The translations under genes and the position numbers were made by a program. A DNA stretch of 64,000 nt from a virus. The stretch lies in the IMG/VR virus record IMGVR_UViG_3300046660_000385, positions 32,001-96,000 of that record, one strand, 5' to 3'. Positions 61,854-64,000 of the stretch are shown here, one piece after another. Each line of letters opens with the position of its first letter. Position 1 is the stretch's first letter. Under the pieces are notes generated by a model. It was not told the origin of the DNA, searched no databases, and worked only from the letters and a program-made list of their open reading frames with translations.

Positions 61854-62476
61854 TTTGTCTTGTCCGGTTTCGGTGGGAAAAATTCGCGGATGTCGGCGTA
61901 CTTCATTTCCAGCGGGCCGCCCCACGCCATCGAGATCGCCCAGTCGAATTCGCGGGTGTCGATCATCGGCAGGCGGATCTTCTGGCCGGGCACGATCTCG
62001 CACAGCGTGTTATCGACGTCGACCACGACGTGGATGCGGCAGGCCAGCGGGCGCTGGGCGTAGATCGAGCAGGCGCCGTTGACGAGGAAGCGGCACGCGA
62101 CCCCGTCGTACCTGGCGCGGATCTTGTCGACGTACTGCAGGTCGACGTTGAACGCCTTGGGCGTGACCATCTTCGCCCCGGTGGCGGCGGCAATCGCCTT
62201 CGCTTCGTCCAGGTGGATCATGGTCGCCATGTGACAGCAGTGGCTACAGCCTTTGCGGCACGGCACCAGGCCTTTCGCGGCCTCGCCGAACTTGTCGGCC
62301 GCTTTCTGCAGCAGGATCACTTTCGCCTTGGGGCTTTTCGCCGCCCTGGCCTGGTTGGCCAGCGCGTTCATGCTGGCCAGGTCGAGGCGCCGGTTGATCT
62401 CCTGCGTCACCCGGACCGCGTGTTCATGCCGCGCCGGATCGTTCTCGGCGGCGCGGATTTTCTCAAGGTCTGCCAT
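61850..62476 (-). CDS. YkgJ/CxxCxxCC cysteine-cluster (Zn/Fe-chelating) protein
   Basis: CRKGCSHCC, CRFL..GACSIY..RPLACR. Confidence 0.88.
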   Translation of the reverse strand: MADLEKIRAAENDPARHEHAVRVTQEINRRLDLASMNALANQARAAKSPKAKVILLQKAADKFGEAAKGLVPCRKGCSHCCHMATMIHLDEAKAIAAATGAKMVTPKAFNVDLQYVDKIRARYDGVACRFLVNGACSIYAQRPLACRIHVVVDVDNTLCEIVPGQKIRLPMIDTREFDWAISMAWGGPLEMKYADIREFFPPKPDKTK

Positions 62477-62496
62477 AGTGGATCTGCTCCCATTGG

Positions 62497-62730
62497 TCAG
62501 GCATGACTGCCTCCAATGGTCGATTGTAGGATGGCGAAATAGCGCAGGCCGCGCGGCAGGAACTCGACGGCCCAGTTGCCGAAGTCGTCGGCCTCCTGAA
62601 AGCTGTTGAAGCAGGTGGCCAGGCGCACGTTGCGGACGATCGTAAAGCGTACCTGGTCCTCAGGTGACGACTGCTCGTCGTCCAGCTGCACGAAGCCGTT
62701 GCACAGCGCGACAAAGTACGGCGCGCTCAT
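62497..62730 (-). CDS. Hypothetical protein (MSAPYFVALC...)
   Basis: ATGA coupling. Confidence 0.65.
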   Translation of the reverse strand: MSAPYFVALCNGFVQLDDEQSSPEDQVRFTIVRNVRLATCFNSFQEADDFGNWAVEFLPRGLRYFAILQSTIGGSHA

Positions 62731-63104
62731 GCGTTGGCCCTTGCGCGCCGGACCATGAACCGCCCTTCGCGGGCGTTGCGGCTGGTCGAGGAGAGGCTGG
62801 CTTTGCGCAGCAGCTGGTCGACGTGGTACACGGCCCTCCTGTGGCCGCGTTCGGCCTCCTCGATGGTGCAGTAGCGCTCCATGTATTCGCGCGGGCGGTG
62901 CCGCTCGAAGATCATGGTCTCGAACAGCACCGGCGGCCCGCCGGTGAAGCTGTGGTCCAGCCCGAGGAACACGGTCGAGACGACGGCGCGGCCGACCACG
63001 GTGCGCGCGATCTGGTTGCTGGTCGTGCCCCAGGCGATCGCCCACTCCTGCAGGTCGGCGCAGGCAACCACCTGGCGGTCCTTGGTCAGAATGTAGTGCA
63101 TCAT
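62727..63104 (-). CDS. Conserved phage hypothetical protein (VSTVFLGLDH...LFETMIF)
   Basis: Recognisable phage motif; ATGA coupling. Confidence 0.8.
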   Translation of the reverse strand: MMHYILTKDRQVVACADLQEWAIAWGTTSNQIARTVVGRAVVSTVFLGLDHSFTGGPPVLFETMIFERHRPREYMERYCTIEEAERGHRRAVYHVDQLLRKASLSSTSRNAREGRFMVRRARANA

Positions 63105-64000
63105 GCCACCTGCCCCAGCTGGATACCCTGCGAGGCCAGCCACATGCTGATGATGCGCTTGAGTTCGCTCATGGCGCCGTTGCACGCCACGTAGCGGTCG
63201 CCGACCAGCTTCTTGATCTTGCCGGTCGTGGTGTGATTCACGAAGCGTTCCATGCCGATCATCCTGTCGACGTTGACGAAGCGCTCCAGCGACCCCTTCT
63301 CGTCGCAGTGCGCGAGCCGGATCTCGACCATCGGGAAGGTGCGTTCCAGCTCGTCCTTGTACTGCTTCTCGCGGTTGACCAGGATGCCCACCACCAGGCG
63401 CCGGGTTTTCTCGACGCGCGGCTTTTCGTCACCGTAGTTCTTCGGCGGCGCGCTGGCCGCCACCAGGTGCGGCGCCGCGAAGCCCGGTGCTGCGGCCACG
63501 TTCACGACCGGCGCCGGCAGCTTCGCCACTGCCTGCTCGACCATCGTCTGGATCATCGGGCCGAGGTGCTTGGCGACCTCCGCGCCCAGCAGGGCCATCA
63601 GCGGGGCAAAAGCGGCCTCGTACGGGTTCACGGCGGGCACCGATGCCGGAATGGCGGCAACGGGGGCGACCGGCGGCGCGGTCTCCACCACCGCGGCGGG
63701 CGCGGGCGCGGCGGCCGGCACCAGGACGCACGCCGGCGGCTTGCCTTCGAGAACCGCGTGCAGGTCGGCAAAGGCGCGTTCGAGCGGCGCGCGCAGGGTC
63801 GAGAACGACACCACTTTCAGGTGCCGGCGCTGGCGTTCCAGCGGCAGCACGCGTTGCTGCGCGAAAGCGACGTCGTCGGTGTCCAGCCCGATCAGGCTCT
63901 GGCCGTAGGGGTAGTTATGGGCCGGGAACAGCTTGTGCAGCTCCTCGGCGATCAGGAGCCACTCCTGGCGGGTCCATTCGATCTTGACGAACAGCTTGTC
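63101..64000 (-). CDS. Hypothetical protein, 5' end outside window
   Basis: Frame open from 64000 (DKLFVKIEWTRQEW...) to the stop at 63101. Confidence 0.8.
   Translation of the reverse strand, partial: DKLFVKIEWTRQEWLLIAEELHKLFPAHNYPYGQSLIGLDTDDVAFAQQRVLPLERQRRHLKVVSFSTLRAPLERAFADLHAVLEGKPPACVLVPAAAPAPAAVVETAPPVAPVAAIPASVPAVNPYEAAFAPLMALLGAEVAKHLGPMIQTMVEQAVAKLPAPVVNVAAAPGFAAPHLVAASAPPKNYGDEKPRVEKTRRLVVGILVNREKQYKDELERTFPMVEIRLAHCDEKGSLERFVNVDRMIGMERFVNHTTTGKIKKLVGDRYVACNGAMSELKRIISMWLASQGIQLGQVA

Noticed and set aside
1-64000. Diversity-generating retroelement, tRNA, att site or prophage boundary
   Set aside because: No reverse transcriptase, TR/VR pair, cloverleaf, full integrase or host genes recognised; subtle cases cannot be excluded without tools

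Overview
The whole 64 kb window is phage DNA from a GC-rich tailed phage or prophage. The host is probably proteobacterial (inference). No host housekeeping genes, rRNA, tRNA or CRISPR array were seen. Layout: (1) leftward accessory operon at 1-2891, with radC/JAB followed by small genes separated by four copies of a two-hairpin+RBS element; (2) terminase small and large subunits; (3) an inserted block at 5.3-9.3 kb with a serine resolvase, a res-like site and a leftward operon that includes a stand-alone CapW-like winged HTH and a HAD phosphatase; (4) a rightward podovirus-like morphogenesis module with an extended portal, scaffold, major capsid protein, methyltransferase-GT9 fusion, adaptor, tail and internal virion proteins, and a transglycosylase; (5) a 7229-aa DarB-like polyvalent protein whose methyltransferase-helicase linker holds a nested, same-strand +1-frame gene of 132 aa; (6) holins and lysozyme; (7) leftward small accessory genes running off the right end. 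The best candidates for undescribed biology are the nested gene, the repeated covarying RNA-like intergenic cassette, and the sensor-less CapW-like repressor. All family assignments come from motif recognition by eye; no searches were run.
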